A DNA stretch of 64,000 nucleotides, from the NCBI GenBank assembly GCA_030674455.1, contig JAUSGQ010000015.1, positions 5,574 to 69,573 of the forward strand. Direction: 5' to 3'. Numbering within the stretch: position 1 is the first letter of the stretch; each line of letters starts with the position of its first letter. The stretch comes from a bacterium. GTDB taxonomy: Bacteria > Patescibacteriota > Minisyncoccia > Phycocordibacterales > UBA2100. This document shows positions 24,045 through 33,106 of this stretch, piece by piece. Below the pieces are notes generated by a model. The model was not told the DNA's origin. It worked only from the letters and a program-made list of their open reading frames with translations, and made no database searches. The translations under genes and the position numbers were made by a program.

Positions 24045-24644
24045 ATGAAATCATCTCAATTCAAAGACCTCACATCCACGCTCGCACCCCTGATGCGCGA
24101 CAATGTCGACACCGACCAGATAATTCCGGCGCGCTTTCTCACGGCAACCGACAAAAAGGGATTCGGCATGCGCCTCTTCATGGATTTGCGCTACGAGGAT
24201 GACGGCTTCACGCCCAAGCCCGATTTCGTCCTGAACCAAAAGAAATACAAGAGCGCAAAAATCCTTCTCGCGCATGAAAATTTCGGCTGCGGTTCCTCAC
24301 GCGAACACGCGCCCTGGGCCATCATCGGCGCAGGCTTTACTGCCGTCATCGCGGTCTCATTCGCCGACATATTCAAAAATAATTCGGCAAAAAATGGCTT
24401 GCTCCTCGTCGAACTGCCCCGAGAAGTGATAGACGCGATGCATGCCGACGTCGAAAAAAACCCTAAAGAGAAAGCAAGTATAAATTTGGAAAAGCAAACG
24501 CTCACGTGGAAAAAGCAGGCGCACACATTCGCAATCAACCCGTTCGTTAAGAAGTGCCTTATGGAAGGCCTTGATGACATCGGATACACTTTAAGCTTCG
24601 CTAAGGAAATCAAATCGTTCGAAAACACAAGAGATCAGGCATAA
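24045..24644 (+). CDS. leuD: 3-isopropylmalate dehydratase small subunit
   Basis: LMRDNVDTDQIIPARFL... is a typical LeuD sequence. Confidence 0.9.
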   Translation: MKSSQFKDLTSTLAPLMRDNVDTDQIIPARFLTATDKKGFGMRLFMDLRYEDDGFTPKPDFVLNQKKYKSAKILLAHENFGCGSSREHAPWAIIGAGFTAVIAVSFADIFKNNSAKNGLLLVELPREVIDAMHADVEKNPKEKASINLEKQTLTWKKQAHTFAINPFVKKCLMEGLDDIGYTLSFAKEIKSFENTRDQA

Positions 24645-24754
24645 ATGCTCGGGGCATGCGACCTTTCATTGACGATTCATGGATGTGCCTATATGAGCAA
24701 TGTGCCTGTGGGCGGAAGCCCCTTTTCGGCTAAGGATTCCCAAAGCTGAAGACA

Positions 24755-24797
24755 GGCGCACCAAAGAGCGCCACCATACGGTGGTGTTTTTTGTTTT
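24755..24797 (+). terminator. Rho-independent terminator after leuD (CCACC-ATAC-GGTGG followed by TGTTTTTTGTTTTC)
   Basis: Read from the sequence. Confidence 0.7.
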
Positions 24798-24870
24798 CTA
24801 ATCTAACCACTGCTAGCAAAACCATTTTTGCTTTCAATTCTCACCTCGCTCCCACATTTTCTAACCATTC

Positions 24871-25161
24871 TCATTCTAACATTTTGCAAAATGTTAGAAC
24901 GTGAACTGCACGGGCGGTTAGCTTATGCCTTACGCTCCTCGCGTCGTAGCGTTTCAGAATGAGTCCTGCAATTGCCATCTTGCGCAGGTGGTCGGATGCA
25001 TTCTCGTACCCGATGTTCAATCGCTCGGCGATATCCTCAACCGAAAGCTCCGGCTCTTTGTGCAACAGGTTAAGAATTTCGAGCCGCCGGTGATTCGCAA
25101 AACCTTTTACCACCCTCTCAAGCCGCCGATAGTTAGTTGGATTGTTAGTCGCTCCTGTCAT
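24871..25161 (-). CDS. ArsR/SmtB-family HTH transcriptional regulator (paralog 1)
   Basis: 96 aa with ...RRLEILNLLHKEPELSVEDIAERLNIGYENASDHLRKMAIAGLI... (wHTH). The C-terminal ...VLTFCKMLE is encoded by the 3' palindrome. Confidence 0.75.
   Translation of the reverse strand: MTGATNNPTNYRRLERVVKGFANHRRLEILNLLHKEPELSVEDIAERLNIGYENASDHLRKMAIAGLILKRYDARSVRHKLTARAVHVLTFCKMLE
24874..24899. promoter_or_regulatory. Palindrome TTCTAACATTTTGCAAAATGTTAGAA overlapping the 3' end (C-terminal codons) of ArsR paralog 1
   Basis: Read from the sequence. Same core as the 44 bp palindrome upstream of the gene. Confidence 0.65.
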
Positions 25162-25170
25162 GCTTGCATG

Positions 25171-25214
25171 TTATCCACATTCTAACATTTTGCAAAATGT
25201 TAGAATGTGGATAA
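25171..25214. promoter_or_regulatory. Perfect 44 bp palindrome TTATCCACATTCTAACATTTTGCAAAATGTTAGAATGTGGATAA between the ArsR gene (divergent) and leuA
   Basis: Read from the sequence. 10 bp upstream of the ArsR start codon. Confidence 0.7.
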
Positions 25215-25268
25215 CCGAATGAGCGGAGAGATGAAATCTCGATGAGAAAACGGTCGAGACGTAGCCGC

Positions 25269-25306
25269 GCCTCTCGCAAGAAAAGCCAGTTCTGCTATAT
25301 TAGTGA
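25269..25306 (+). promoter_or_regulatory. Conserved promoter-like motif CCTCTCGCAAGAAAAGCCAGTTCTGCTATATTAGTGAG (-10 TATATT 25285-25290) upstream of leuA
   Basis: Paralogous to the motif at 22399-22436 upstream of leuC. Confidence 0.55.
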
Positions 25307-25318
25307 GACCAAAACAAT

Positions 25319-27049
25319 ATGCGTAATTCAGCAAAAAAATACCGTTCGTTTCCGCCCGTCGGCCTCAAAGACCGGACGTGGCCAAACAAGACCATAACCA
25401 AAGCGCCTCGCTGGTGCTCTGTCGATTTGCGCGACGGCAATCAGGCGCTCATAACGCCGATGAACCTTGAGCAGAAACTCAACATGTTCAAACTGCTCGT
25501 GGACATAGGATTCAAGGAAATCGAGGTGGGCTTCCCTTCCGCTTCGCAGGTGGAATTTGATTTTGTCCGCACGCTTATCGAGCGCAAGTTGATTCCGGCC
25601 GACGTTACCATCCAAGTGCTGACGCAAGCGCGCGAACACCTCATCGAAACCACGTGCCGCTCGCTCGTGGGAGCTAAGCGCGCGCTCATTCACGTGTACA
25701 ACTCCACTTCGGAACTCCAGCGCCGCGTCGTATTCCGAATGGGCAAGAAGGAGGTAAAAGAGCTGGCCGTCAAAGGAACCGCATGGACGCGCCAGTACAG
25801 CGAGAAATATCTTAATGGCACGGATGTCTTCTACGAATACAGTCCCGAAAGCTTCATGGGAACAGAGCTGGATTTCGCAGTTGAGGTGTGCGACGCAGTC
25901 GTCGATGAATGGAAACCGAAAGCTGGAGAAAGGGTCATCATCAATTTGCCCAACACGGTTGAACTCGCAACCCCCAATATTTACGCCGACCAAATCGAGT
26001 GGTTCTGCCGACACTTCAAATCACGCGACAAAGCGATTATCAGTCTTCACTGCCACAACGACCGCGGGAGCGCAGTTGCTGCGTCCGAGCTCGGCATCAT
26101 GGCCGGCGCCGAACGCGTGGAAGGCACGCTCTTCGGCAACGGCGAGCGCACCGGCAATGTCGACATCATCACGCTCGCGCTCAATCTCCACACACAGGGC
26201 ATCGACCCGGGACTCGACCTGCACGATATGGACCACTGCATTGAAGTCTACGAATCATGCACCGACCTCACCGTCCCCCCGCGCCATCCATACGCGGGCG
26301 AATTGGTCTTTACCGCATTTTCCGGCTCGCATCAAGACGCGATAGACAAGGGCTTCCGTGCGATGAAAGATTCCGGGAAAACTCTCTGGGAAGTTCCCTA
26401 CATCCCGATGGACCCCAAAGATGTCGGCCACACCTACGAGGCGGTCATCCGCATCAACAGCCAGTCCGGCAAGGGAGGCGTTGCGCACATTCTGCGCGTC
26501 GAGTTCGGCTACAACACACCGAAGGCGATGCACCCCGAGTTGGGCAAGATGATCCAACGCATTTCCGACGCGACCGGCCAAGAAGTACTGCCAGGAGTAA
26601 TCCGAAAAGCGTTTGAGGATGAATATCTGAATCGTTCGAGCCCAGTCTCGCTCGAGAGTTTCAAGATCAGCGACCAGAGCGGCCTAAATGGCGACGTCAC
26701 CTCAATTTCTGCAGTCATCAAAAAGGACGGGAAAAAGCGCACGGTTAAAGACACCGGCAACGGCCCTATCGATGCCTTCAGCAAAGCACTCAAGCGCGCT
26801 GGCGCTGGCCACTACACGTTCCTCTCATACGAGGAACACGCGCTCGGCAAAGGCGAAGACGCGCGCGCCGTCGCCTACATTCAAATAGCCGATGAACATG
26901 GCAAAGCATATTTCGGCGTCGGCACCGATTTCAACATTGTCGGCGCATCTCTGCGCGCTCTTTTGAGCGCACTGAATCGTTCGGAACAATCTAAAACCGA
27001 CAAATCAAAACAGAAAGCATCCGCCACCGGCGCAAAGAAACACACATGA
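25319..27049 (+). CDS. leuA: 2-isopropylmalate synthase (long form with C-terminal regulatory domain)
   Basis: DLRDGNQ, HCHND and a LeuA dimer/regulatory C-terminal domain. 576 aa. Confidence 0.9.
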   Translation: MRNSAKKYRSFPPVGLKDRTWPNKTITKAPRWCSVDLRDGNQALITPMNLEQKLNMFKLLVDIGFKEIEVGFPSASQVEFDFVRTLIERKLIPADVTIQVLTQAREHLIETTCRSLVGAKRALIHVYNSTSELQRRVVFRMGKKEVKELAVKGTAWTRQYSEKYLNGTDVFYEYSPESFMGTELDFAVEVCDAVVDEWKPKAGERVIINLPNTVELATPNIYADQIEWFCRHFKSRDKAIISLHCHNDRGSAVAASELGIMAGAERVEGTLFGNGERTGNVDIITLALNLHTQGIDPGLDLHDMDHCIEVYESCTDLTVPPRHPYAGELVFTAFSGSHQDAIDKGFRAMKDSGKTLWEVPYIPMDPKDVGHTYEAVIRINSQSGKGGVAHILRVEFGYNTPKAMHPELGKMIQRISDATGQEVLPGVIRKAFEDEYLNRSSPVSLESFKISDQSGLNGDVTSISAVIKKDGKKRTVKDTGNGPIDAFSKALKRAGAGHYTFLSYEEHALGKGEDARAVAYIQIADEHGKAYFGVGTDFNIVGASLRALLSALNRSEQSKTDKSKQKASATGAKKHT

Positions 27050-28140
27050 GCAAGACCGGCACCATAGCAGTCCTGCCGGGCGACGGCATCGGCCCCGAGA
27101 TAATGGCCTCAGCAATCAAGGTCTTGGACGCAGTCAGCGCGAAATGCGGCCACACATTTGAGACAAAAGAAGGATTAACCGGCGGCCTCGCGTACGACAA
27201 ATTCGGCGTCCACCTGCCGGAAGAGACAATAAAAATCTGTGAAGCTTCCGACGCAATCCTCTTCGGCGCCGTCGGCGGTCATGTTTCCGACCAGGAATCC
27301 CCGCGCTGGAAAGATGCCGAAAAGAACGTCATCCTTGGGCTTCGCAAGAAATTCAATCTGTTCGCCAACCTGCGCCCGCTCAAAGTCTGGCCCGGAACGG
27401 AATCTTTTAGCCCGCTTCAGGAGCGCTTCATCAAAGGCACCGACGTTTTAATCGTGCGCGAACTTATCGCCGGTCTCTACTTCGGCCCGATGCGCCGCTT
27501 TGAAGAGAATGGAGAAATTACAGCGGAAGAAACGAGCCGCTACACATGGAAACAAATCGAGAACGTCGTGCGCATCGCGTTTCAGGCCGCGCAAAAGAGA
27601 AAAAAGAAACTCACCGTCGTCGACAAAGCGAATGTGCTGGAAACGTCGCGTCTCTGGCGCGAAGTCGCGCGCAAAATCCAGCTCGAGTTCCTTGATGTCG
27701 CCATGGATTTTATGTTCGTCGACAACGCGGCCCAACAGCTCGTTCGCTCACCCGCTTCGTTTGATGTCATTGCGACAGACAACATGTTCGGCGACATTTT
27801 AAGCGACCTCGGCGGCGCCGTCGTCGGCTCTCTCGGCTTGGTACCTTCCGCCAGCATATCCGCCAAAGGCGGAGAAAAGAAATTCGGCCTTTACGAACCC
27901 GCCCACGGCTCCGCGCCTGACATTGCAGGGAAAGGAATCGCGAACCCGACCGCGCAAATCCTCTCGCTCGCGATGCTCCTGCGCTACACCTACGAGCTAG
28001 ACAAAGAGGCGCAGGCAATTGAGGAAGCGGTGCTCGCAGCATGGAAAGCAGGCAAGAAAACGAAAGACCTCGCGGCCCCGGGCGAAGCGAGTCTTTCTAC
28101 CGATGAGTTCACATCTTGCGTCATCGAGAGATTGAAGTAA
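27046..28140 (+). CDS. leuB: 3-isopropylmalate dehydrogenase
   Basis: MSKTGTIAVLPGDGIGPEIM..., NMFGDILSDLGG, GSAPDIAGKG. Confidence 0.9.
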   Translation: MSKTGTIAVLPGDGIGPEIMASAIKVLDAVSAKCGHTFETKEGLTGGLAYDKFGVHLPEETIKICEASDAILFGAVGGHVSDQESPRWKDAEKNVILGLRKKFNLFANLRPLKVWPGTESFSPLQERFIKGTDVLIVRELIAGLYFGPMRRFEENGEITAEETSRYTWKQIENVVRIAFQAAQKRKKKLTVVDKANVLETSRLWREVARKIQLEFLDVAMDFMFVDNAAQQLVRSPASFDVIATDNMFGDILSDLGGAVVGSLGLVPSASISAKGGEKKFGLYEPAHGSAPDIAGKGIANPTAQILSLAMLLRYTYELDKEAQAIEEAVLAAWKAGKKTKDLAAPGEASLSTDEFTSCVIERLK

Positions 28141-28156
28141 TAATCAGGTGACTATG

Positions 28157-28260
28157 AAGTCCCAATCTGCAAATGATACGAATACTACGAATGGCTACAA
28201 ATATTACACATCTTACATTTGTAGTTATTTGTAGATTGGGATAGATTCGTAGATTGGTAC
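28157..28260. repeat. MITE-like intercistronic element R4, filling the leuB stop to ilvE start gap
   Basis: GAAGTCCCAATCTGCAAATGATACGAATAC...ATTTGTAGATTGGGATAGATTCGTAGATTGGTACAC. Confidence 0.8.
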
Positions 28261-28265
28261 ACTCT

Positions 28266-29204
28266 ATGCAAGCGACAAAATACATCTGGTTTAATGGGAA
28301 GCTCGTTCCATGGAAGAGCGCAAAAATCCATGTGCTATCGCACTCGCTCCACTATGGTACTGCTGCTTTCGAGGGCATCCGCATGTACGACACAAAAAAA
28401 GGTCCTGCCATCTTCCACCTGAAACGACACATGGAACGCCTCATCTTCTCGGCCAAAAGTCTCGGGATGGATTTGCCGTATACACTCCCCCAGCTCATGC
28501 AGGCCGCGGTAGACACGGTGAGCAAGAATAAATTGAAGTCGTGCTACATCCGCCCCATCGCCTACTACGGTTTCGGCGAAGTGCGCGTGCTCCCCACCAA
28601 CTGCCCTATCGAAGTCGCTATCGCCGCATGGCCGTGGGGCGCCTACTTGGGCGACGAGCCGGCTCGCATCACAGTGGTAAAGACGCTCCGCATCCATCCG
28701 CAAACGCTCCGCGTGAAAGCGAAAATCAGCGGCCACTATGTGAACTCCATGCTCGCTGGCCGCGAGGCCACAGACCGCGGATTCACCGAAGCGCTTCAAC
28801 TAGACTACAAGGGCAATATCGCCGAAGGCCCGGGCGAAAATTTCTTTATCGTTAAGGGAAAGACCCTTACGACGCCGGCACTCGGCTCGATTCTCCCCGG
28901 CATTACTCGCGAATCTGTCATCACCCTCGCGCGCGACTTGGGCTACAAAGTGGTGGAGCGTGCGGTAACGGTTAAAGACGCGCTTTCTGCCGACGAATGT
29001 TTCTTCACCGGCACCGCCGCGGAAGTGACGGCCATCGCCTCGATAGACAATAAGAAAATGAAAACCGCTAGTGGTTCGTCTACAGATGCCGATGCCTACT
29101 CCATCGGCCCAGTCACTAAACAAATCCGCGAAGAATTCCTCAAAATAACGAGAGGCGAAAATCCAAAGTACAAAAAGTGGCTGACGTTTGTAAAAGAATA
29201 CTAG
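28266..29204 (+). CDS. ilvE: Branched-chain amino acid aminotransferase (class IV)
   Basis: YIWFNGKLVPW, a C-terminal EGPGENFF...GTAAEV motif region. ATG at 28266; the track's TTG start at 28254 lies inside R4. Contains an in-frame palindromic element (SSTDADAYS) at 29077-29108. Confidence 0.85.
   Translation: MQATKYIWFNGKLVPWKSAKIHVLSHSLHYGTAAFEGIRMYDTKKGPAIFHLKRHMERLIFSAKSLGMDLPYTLPQLMQAAVDTVSKNKLKSCYIRPIAYYGFGEVRVLPTNCPIEVAIAAWPWGAYLGDEPARITVVKTLRIHPQTLRVKAKISGHYVNSMLAGREATDRGFTEALQLDYKGNIAEGPGENFFIVKGKTLTTPALGSILPGITRESVITLARDLGYKVVERAVTVKDALSADECFFTGTAAEVTAIASIDNKKMKTASGSSTDADAYSIGPVTKQIREEFLKITRGENPKYKKWLTFVKEY
29077..29108 (+). repeat. In-frame copy of the type-B palindromic element CGTCTACAGATGCCGATGCCTACTCCATCGGC within ilvE
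   Basis: The same element occurs intergenically at 36767-36799 and at the purD 3' end at 56746-56778. E. coli IlvE is about 10 aa shorter at this position. Confidence 0.7.
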
Positions 29205-29312
29205 CGGTTCCCATCGTATTCTCGAGGTGACTCCTGCCTTAACTTCGGACTCACCGAGGTGACTCCTTGGCATTTGCAAGGTGTCTCCTCGGGTTCGACC
29301 TCTCGCTTTCGC

Positions 29313-29708
29313 TCATCTATTCAAAATAGTTACCGTCAGCTGCAAAATTGTCGCAAAAGAAACCCAGAGAAGATACGGGATTTGAATGTACGTAATCCAG
29401 CGCGCAAAGGGATATATGGCGAGCATCGCCCAAATAAGCGTCGCGAGCACTAGAACAACGTCCACCGCAGCAAGCTCATTATTTTTCAGGCCGAATTGGA
29501 TCCACGTGAACGCGAAATTGAAGACAAGATTCAGAAGAAATGGCAGAGCAACCAGGAACGGAATTTCTTTTTGCCAGGCCATAAAAAACACTTTCCCGAA
29601 CGAAACCGCAATCAATATATACAGCACGCTCCACACCGGTCCGAATATCCAGCCGGGCGGCGCCCACGATGGCTTGATGAGGGTCTGGTATGAGGCGTAT
29701 GAATCCAT
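29313..29708 (-). CDS. TspO/MBR (tryptophan-rich sensory protein) family membrane protein
   Basis: LIKPSWAPPGWIFGPVWSVLYILIAVSFG matches the TspO signature PxWxPPxWxFGPVWxxLY. 131 aa, 4-5 TM. Confidence 0.6.
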   Translation of the reverse strand: MDSYASYQTLIKPSWAPPGWIFGPVWSVLYILIAVSFGKVFFMAWQKEIPFLVALPFLLNLVFNFAFTWIQFGLKNNELAAVDVVLVLATLIWAMLAIYPFARWITYIQIPYLLWVSFATILQLTVTILNR

Positions 29709-29731
29709 AACTGCTCCCGCATTATAACCCG

Positions 29732-30001
29732 CTAATCTTCCCTCAAGTGCTTATTGCGCGACTTTTTCATGCTCTCCATCCTGCCCTTCATGAGCGTAGA
29801 CCAGCCCAAAATCCCAATGGCCGACCGCACCGCCTCCGCCTCATCATCGCTAAGCGGATACTTACTAATCAGCTTTGTTAACACATCAATCGCCGTCTTA
29901 TCTTCCATCCCAAAATTATACCAAACCACCAACCGCCAATCCCAACCCGTCTCCAATGACACTCTCACATTCTTGAGAATGTGAGAATGTTCATAAGACA
30001 A
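29732..30001 (-). CDS. Hypothetical small protein
   Basis: 89 aa ORF preceded by the palindrome TCTCACATTCTTGAGAATGTGAGA (29958-29981). Start uncertain. Confidence 0.3.
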   Translation of the reverse strand: MSYEHSHILKNVRVSLETGWDWRLVVWYNFGMEDKTAIDVLTKLISKYPLSDDEAEAVRSAIGILGWSTLMKGRMESMKKSRNKHLRED

Positions 30002-30025
30002 GCCGTACCGATATTGCTTTCTTTT

Positions 30026-31177
30026 TTAGCGCCAGCTTTTTGCACCCTCAAAAACAATCTTCGCGGAAGAACCGAGAACAATCAGAACTAGTACGAATTT
30101 AGCGAGACCGCCGAGCACGGGGATAAGTCCGAGCAACGTGTAGATAAGCACGCCGAGCAGTATCGTCTGCCATGTGAGCTGATATTCCGCTTGTTTGTAG
30201 AATTTCTTATACACGTATGCGCCGAGAAGCACCGCCGCCCACGCCGAAGCCGTGAGCATAAGCGCCCCGAAGAGGAGGAGCCCCAGCACGCCGAATGGAA
30301 TGCCGATGAGCGTTACAAGCGCAATGACAGAAGCTATCGGAAGAACAATAAGTACGATGAATCCTCGGCCAATTTCTTGGAACGGATGTGCCGCTGCGCT
30401 CGCGACAACCGCGAACGCAAAGCGTTTGAATAAGAGTCCGAGTACGAGTGCGAAGAGAAGCGCAGCCAGGAACTTACCGAGGAAGAGAGCGGACAGAATC
30501 GCGATTATGCCCTCTTTTGTAATCGGACTTTTTGCAGGACTCGTTAGCTGCGTGAAGGTCGTCTTCCCTTTCACCACAGCGCCGGTTTCAATAGTGGCTT
30601 CCGATGCCGCTGCGTAATCCAGATTGCCGTCGATAACAGCATCTTTGCCCAGTGTAAGTTTGTTGCCGGTGAATATTACATTTCCGCTCACATGAGAATT
30701 GATGACGACTTCGCCGCCCTTTAACTGCATCTTTCCTCCCACCGGAGCGTTTACCGCGAGAGCACCGCCTGCCCATACCACATCTCTGCCGACACTGCCG
30801 GAAATTTGCGTTTGTCCGCCCGCCACTACGATATCTTTTCCGACTTTACCGGCAATAGAAATGTTACCGCCCGCTACGCGCAAATCATCGCCAACATCCG
30901 AAAGAATAGCAATCGAGCCGCCGCCGATGAGAGCATCCTGCGAGACCGGACCATTAACTGAAACATTGCCTCCGCCGATAACAAGATCGCCGACCACCGT
31001 GCCGCCGCTTGAGATATTGCCGCCGAGGAGATAGAGGTCGTTATTTACCGTTTCTGTCGCGGAAAGCGTTGGCGACTCGCCCGTGCGAATCTCCGCCGCT
31101 ATCGCAGCTACCGGAATAATAAGCGTACTAATGATAATTGCCGCCCACGCCCACGAACCCTTTAAAGAGTTGCTCAT
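30026..31177 (-). CDS. Bactofilin-like polymer-forming protein with a C-terminal multi-TM domain
   Basis: Signal/TM, then degenerate beta-helix repeats (GGNIS.GG, GDLVIGGGNVSVNG, VAGGNISIAG, as in bactofilin/CcmA) and 4-5 C-terminal TM helices. Confidence 0.55.
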   Translation of the reverse strand: MSNSLKGSWAWAAIIISTLIIPVAAIAAEIRTGESPTLSATETVNNDLYLLGGNISSGGTVVGDLVIGGGNVSVNGPVSQDALIGGGSIAILSDVGDDLRVAGGNISIAGKVGKDIVVAGGQTQISGSVGRDVVWAGGALAVNAPVGGKMQLKGGEVVINSHVSGNVIFTGNKLTLGKDAVIDGNLDYAAASEATIETGAVVKGKTTFTQLTSPAKSPITKEGIIAILSALFLGKFLAALLFALVLGLLFKRFAFAVVASAAAHPFQEIGRGFIVLIVLPIASVIALVTLIGIPFGVLGLLLFGALMLTASAWAAVLLGAYVYKKFYKQAEYQLTWQTILLGVLIYTLLGLIPVLGGLAKFVLVLIVLGSSAKIVFEGAKSWR

Positions 31178-31212
31178 GAATAAATGATACCCCCTCCCAC
31201 AGGCTTTTCAAC

Positions 31213-31255
31213 TCCCTTATCAACCCCCTTTTCAACCCCCTTTTCAACCCCTATT
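31213..31255. repeat. Short tandem repeat (TTCAACCCCCTT)x3
   Basis: Read from the sequence. It creates the STPFSTPFSTP spurious ORF. Confidence 0.7.
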
Positions 31256-31257
31256 TT

Positions 31258-31291
31258 CTTATTGCAGTGTTTTGCAAAACACTGCAATAAG
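31258..31291. promoter_or_regulatory. Perfect 34 bp palindrome CTTATTGCAGTGTTTTGCAAAACACTGCAATAAG
   Basis: Read from the sequence. Related copies lie at 31356-31387 and 31652-31683, flanking ArsR paralog 2. Confidence 0.65.
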
Positions 31292-31355
31292 ATACTGAAA
31301 GAAAAAATCGGCGCTATCGTTTTTACACTTTATCGCCCCGTCACTCAATTTCTCG

Positions 31356-31637
31356 CTATTGCAGTCTTTTGCAAAACACTAGAATAGACTCCCCGCGCGG
31401 CGTTAGTTTGTGTCGGACACTGGGTCCCTCGTTTCGCTTCAGCACAAGACCTGCAATCGCAAGTTTGCGAACATGGTCGGACGCATTTTCGTATCCAATA
31501 TCCAACCTTTCGGAAATATCCTCTACTGATAACTCCGGTTCGCGCTTCAGCAAATCCATAATCTGAACGCGCCGGTGATTAGCGAACCCCTTCACGATTC
31601 GTTCGATATTTCTGTACTGACTACTATCTACCGCCAT
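31356..31637 (-). CDS. ArsR/SmtB-family HTH transcriptional regulator (paralog 2)
   Basis: 93 aa, about 60% identical to paralog 1 (RVQIMDLLKREPELSVEDISERLDIGYENASDHVRKLAIAGLVLKR). The C-terminal ILVFCKRLQ is encoded by the palindrome at 31356-31387. Confidence 0.75.
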   Translation of the reverse strand: MAVDSSQYRNIERIVKGFANHRRVQIMDLLKREPELSVEDISERLDIGYENASDHVRKLAIAGLVLKRNEGPSVRHKLTPRGESILVFCKRLQ

Positions 31638-31651
31638 GCTCCCATTTTACC

Positions 31652-31683
31652 CTATTGCAGTGTTTTGCAAAACACTGGAATAG
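31652..31683. promoter_or_regulatory. Palindrome CTATTGCAGTGTTTTGCAAAACACTGGAATAG, 15 bp upstream of the ArsR paralog 2 start
   Basis: Read from the sequence. Confidence 0.65.
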
Positions 31684-31746
31684 AGAAAACTGTTTATAAC
31701 CGTGTACAGACAGTACAGACGAGGTGTGCGCTCCGTCGGAAACTGG

Positions 31747-32061
31747 CTAGTATGAATACGTAATTTCCCTAATTTGCGGCAATACCTTTTTTATCTTTTC
31801 ATCCATGCTTACGCCGAAGTGAAGGTCTGCCAATCCGCATCCTTGGCAATTTCCGACCAAGCGCAAGATAACCGAATCCGACTCCACGGCAACGAGTTCC
31901 GCGCCCCCTCCGTGTTCCGTGAACATGGGCTCAAATTCTTTCAAAACTGCCTCAACCGCGGCGATGATTTGTTTTGTGGTCTTCTTTTTAGTTGGTTTTG
32001 TGCTCTTTTTCCCTGCCCCACTAGAGACAGTTCGCGCTCGTATGTCTTTCTTTATAGTCAT
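31747..32061 (-). CDS. NifU-like (Nfu) Fe-S cluster carrier domain protein
   Basis: C-terminal ...LRLVGNCQGCGLADLHF... (CxxC Nfu motif), with an N-terminal Lys/Thr-rich tail. Confidence 0.55.
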   Translation of the reverse strand: MTIKKDIRARTVSSGAGKKSTKPTKKKTTKQIIAAVEAVLKEFEPMFTEHGGGAELVAVESDSVILRLVGNCQGCGLADLHFGVSMDEKIKKVLPQIREITYSY

Positions 32062-32132
32062 AGGTCATTTAGTGTATCAAAAACCAGCAAACATTCGATA
32101 TTTTTTTCTCTAATGGAGAACTTTTGAGTTGT

Positions 32133-33032
32133 TCACTTTGATTCACCAATTCCGATCAGAGTGTCTCCGATTCGCACGATGCGAATTTCATCATTATCCA
32201 TTTCACACACCAGCCCCGTAAAATTGCTGCGTACAAAGTTTCTTGTTCTATCGGAAATCATCTCTCCTACTACATCCCCTTTCAAGATTTTTTTGCCGAG
32301 AGCAAGCTGTTTGTTTTTAATAAACTCTCCTGTTTTTTCTGATTTGATAAGATTTATTACAACATGGGGAATTTCATCAAATTCAATTGCTTTGAAATTA
32401 TTTTTATTTTCACGACCCTGCAGATAAGCAATTAATCCAGATACGATTCGGTCTATCTGCTCTCGACTCACTTTATGCTCAACTGGTACTTCGAGAAGAA
32501 TGTATGGGATGCGCGATTCTTTTAAATACTGCGCCAATGTTCCGGTCTTTCGGTTCTTATGCTCCGCGGGTGAGGAGCGGACCACATCTGGATCGAAGAG
32601 GGTCGCTACCTGATCTGCACGGCCAACATGATTAGAGACAACTTGAATCAAGCCCGCGGTAGTGAAATTGTGCAGGTCAATAACGCAATCATGTTGTTTT
32701 GCAATACTGATAATCTTTCTGATGATTCCATGCGCGAGACCCTCATCAACTGCGTCAAAGAAATGTCTGTTCAGATCGAGACCAGAGGTACTTTCCTGGC
32801 GAGAATTTGCCAGAAAACCTGTGGGATTTGCGATCGGCAGGATAGTTAATGTGCCAATAAATGTCGGCAATTTCTGCATTAATTCGCCAATGATAATCTG
32901 TCCCGATTTTTCATTACCATGTATGCCGGATATCAATAATGTTTTCGGCGCACCCCCACCAAATGAAAGACAATCAAGGAAAATCGGTTCATCCGGGTTG
33001 GGAATCGAGAGTTTGCTTTTTACAAAATCCAT
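32133..33032 (-). CDS. Succinylglutamate desuccinylase / aspartoacylase (AstE/AspA) family zinc hydrolase
   Basis: ISGIHGNEKSG and the ...DLHN... motifs typical of AstE_AspA. 299 aa. Confidence 0.55.
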   Translation of the reverse strand: MDFVKSKLSIPNPDEPIFLDCLSFGGGAPKTLLISGIHGNEKSGQIIIGELMQKLPTFIGTLTILPIANPTGFLANSRQESTSGLDLNRHFFDAVDEGLAHGIIRKIISIAKQHDCVIDLHNFTTAGLIQVVSNHVGRADQVATLFDPDVVRSSPAEHKNRKTGTLAQYLKESRIPYILLEVPVEHKVSREQIDRIVSGLIAYLQGRENKNNFKAIEFDEIPHVVINLIKSEKTGEFIKNKQLALGKKILKGDVVGEMISDRTRNFVRSNFTGLVCEMDNDEIRIVRIGDTLIGIGESK

Positions 33033-33106
33033 CGGAATGGCGCAGCCAGAACTACTGAACGCACTTTTTAACGATATTTTTTAACTTTCAACTACAGGCG
33101 AATGGG

